The translations under genes were made by a program, and so were the position numbers. This document shows, one piece after another, positions 62,701 through 64,000 of a stretch of DNA of 64,000 bases. The stretch spans positions 1 through 64,000 of IMG/VR virus record IMGVR_UViG_3300042197_002946. One strand, written 5' to 3'. The number at the start of each line of letters is the position of its first letter. Positions within the stretch are counted from its first letter, which is position 1. The notes under the pieces were generated by a model. That model saw nothing but the letters and a program-made list of their open reading frames with translations, was not told where the DNA came from and did no database searches. Source of the DNA: a virus.

Positions 62701-64000
62701 GTCTGGTTCTGTTATAGTCGGACAAAATAATTTAGGTACCGGTTTTGAAAATAATTTCATAGGCCGTAATAATATTGCAGCTGGCGATTCTGATGTTGTA
62801 GGCAACAACAATAGATTGATAAATGGAGACGTATCAGCCTTAGGAAAAGATAACACAGTTACAGGAAAAGGTCAAAGAGCACTAGGTACCATCTCTGATA
62901 TTTTTGATACCAACAACAGATTGGATTTTAGTGGGATAGGGTCACTACCAGTAGCTAGTGGTTATTATAGCGTCACTTATCAGTGTTTATTATTAGATAA
63001 TGAATTCTCATGGCAATTTGGTCAGAGAGACCAGGTTTCTGTACAATTATACAATAACGGCATTTTGTTGCCTACATATGTTGGTATGATTACTAACAAT
63101 CCTATTATTGTTAATGGATTTAGGGCTGTATTTTTAGACAACGTGATTAGAGATGGAGACAATGAAATATTAGCTAATCCCGTATCTATTAATGAATTCG
63201 TAGAAAACTATTTTCCCAACCAGATTCCTCCTTCTATTAGATTTAGTATACAACATAAAATAGATGGGGCTTCTTTAGTCGCTGGTAGTGGTAATTTAGT
63301 AATTGCTTCCCCGTATAGTACTGTGCTTGGCAATAAAAATCAAGTAGGTATCGACTGGAGTAATCCTACTCATGTAGTATCGTCCTCTGGCTTAGTAGTG
63401 GGTAATAATAATCAAATTTATCATCCTTTAAAGTTCACTAAAGATCAGAGAGGTAATATCACTAGCGTAGAGCCAGAATATCCAAATGCTACCGGATTAT
63501 TTCAAGCAGCAATAGGTTTTGATCTACGTAATGCAGATCCCAACTCTATTAAACTAGGGTTTGATCAGAACACCATAAAGATTTTTGATCTGGGCGGTAA
63601 AAAAGATGGAAGTGTTGTTTCTGTAGTTGACCCTAATGTTACTCCTCCTCAGACTAGTACTGTAGATGCTGAAAGAATTGGAGACGGTCTTTTTGAAAGA
63701 GGTATTGTAATTAATGCTGATAATATTAGCAATTCATTCCATGTATTGAATAATAATAAAAACAAACAGTCCGTACTATCGGTACTATCCAAAGATGCTG
63801 GTTTTGTTGGTGTTAATAAAACAGTTCCTCAATTCTCTCTAGATGTTTCAGGAACTATCAACGCTAATAGAGTACAAACCGGCTCAGCATCTATCAATAA
63901 TCTACAACTACAAAGCGGTGCCGCTCCAGGATACTTTTTATCATCATCAGATGGCATAGGCAATGCTGAGTGGGTAGCTGGTGTCAGGGTTGATGTTAGT
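59735..64000 (+). CDS. large tail fibre/adhesin-like protein, truncated by window end
   Basis: ATG at 59735 (MSIKFYDLVGE...); many (I/V)GxxN beta-roll repeats; no + ORF in the track here, consistent with an unterminated frame; not every codon was checked. Confidence 0.7.
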   Translation, partial: MSIKFYDLVGELGTVSLDGSGNPIAVSLIQDGLGLTGYRLFLNNVVDNDRLYLKLQQTAQNAFAIIIGKYDVNEFGSRSIIVERVLSKFGTLSSGVYVETISFNDISINHNVSANQLLVKNNSFVPESQTSDYVVALSGNVTVTLPLANIDSENIKYGFLLSSKYSGSDTLIINASGSNNIIVNNNNVSSISMTGVGSYIELMATSGGNWYRLYSTELLGGESASSVVGGVSKSLQFNNAGSISGGKVFWDDNSKTLYFGDTNNVVNADLVVSASQNKASGIYPLYVRLNNGNFFALTKDGKVSINTPSLPLYESSPNFHMVGRCAVFEGNCGSAGVALTLFNNPDVVPLAGSVGGSFNMSARNSNRNVVNYAQVQSKILNPNKGVSSGQFLVNVDVSGSPYNVMMLDLANLVMGNNDVAKSIDSAVIGKNNDLTSISGAKVLGNNNTIDRVNNLYVIGSDNSIDFIKNSARYILSEPNISTLSGLDWNDLDDLQAGDIVQVTNNNVLNGYYIARELAWTPIDDSVAVGYFGNANFVMGSDSTLSGNNLIAIGSNSIASGNNLSVFGNFNNVKTQSISDIIQNNFQPDYSTVIGNVNTFDASGVVILGNRNAGSGIRALMLNGSLNTIGSGTIDSVVIGNNNNITVVSGLVIGNRNFGIQSLSTIIGLNNTVNGANNIVVGSDSTVSGNNNVLSGDSLISSGSSSILYGFNHASSGLNNLLVGSDIVATGNRTIGLGQNLNVSGDDNLIVGINNRTTGSGNVVLSYNTVASGTLLNTTVYGANNRLVDNSSHSYTNIFGQNNTLASGTLHNLIVGTTNTVTNRYNFTLTPITFAISDNGTKFTNIEAAAFINNYRAGDSIVYSSENVVVGSGVIQSVYIPNNGPSVLIIEPATAFNTTLTSVSILSTTKQQEIIETYARPVSVIGNENEVVGLSGVVLGHNNAVSGYNNTIIGSDNIYGGNNAIIIGQGFAGSGFNNIVNVGFNNVGGLSGSVIVGQNNLGTGFENNFIGRNNIAAGDSDVVGNNNRLINGDVSALGKDNTVTGKGQRALGTISDIFDTNNRLDFSGIGSLPVASGYYSVTYQCLLLDNEFSWQFGQRDQVSVQLYNNGILLPTYVGMITNNPIIVNGFRAVFLDNVIRDGDNEILANPVSINEFVENYFPNQIPPSIRFSIQHKIDGASLVAGSGNLVIASPYSTVLGNKNQVGIDWSNPTHVVSSSGLVVGNNNQIYHPLKFTKDQRGNITSVEPEYPNATGLFQAAIGFDLRNADPNSIKLGFDQNTIKIFDLGGKKDGSVVSVVDPNVTPPQTSTVDAERIGDGLFERGIVINADNISNSFHVLNNNKNKQSVLSVLSKDAGFVGVNKTVPQFSLDVSGTINANRVQTGSASINNLQLQSGAAPGYFLSSSDGIGNAEWVAGVRVDVS

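Noticed and set aside
14254-62856. Short minus-strand ORFs within the structural module
   Set aside because: Antisense to long, motif-bearing plus-strand genes.

Overview
The window is part of a large tailed dsDNA phage genome, probably siphovirus-like because a tail tube gene is present but no sheath gene is recognisable. (1) Positions 1-9.1 kb are a minus-strand array of about 30 tiny genes. Twelve copies of a 78-bp bipartite palindromic element divide it into 11 units. Nearly every unit has its own near-consensus sigma70 promoter, usually overlapped by a second sigma28-like promoter. (2) Positions 9.2-17 kb hold auxiliary and regulatory genes: fcl with one in-frame stop, glmS, two HNH genes, HTH proteins, a sigma factor, a methyltransferase, gmd and an ERCC4 nuclease. 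(3) Positions 17-64 kb are the plus-strand morphogenesis module: TerL, portal, protease/scaffold, decoration protein, MCP, adaptor, fibres, two RgpF-like genes, neck, tail tube, chaperones, a 5937-aa tape measure protein and a truncated fibre gene. Two candidate new systems stand out. One is the repeat-delimited cassette array, whose repeats show mosaicism. The other is the tape measure protein, which carries a train of enzyme domains (SNase, HExxH peptidase, ADP-ribosyltransferase, P-loop kinase, nucleotidyltransferase, HAD phosphatase, possible PD-(D/E)XK) in modules bounded by [FY]xxGG linkers. All protein calls come from motif recognition by eye; no searches were run.
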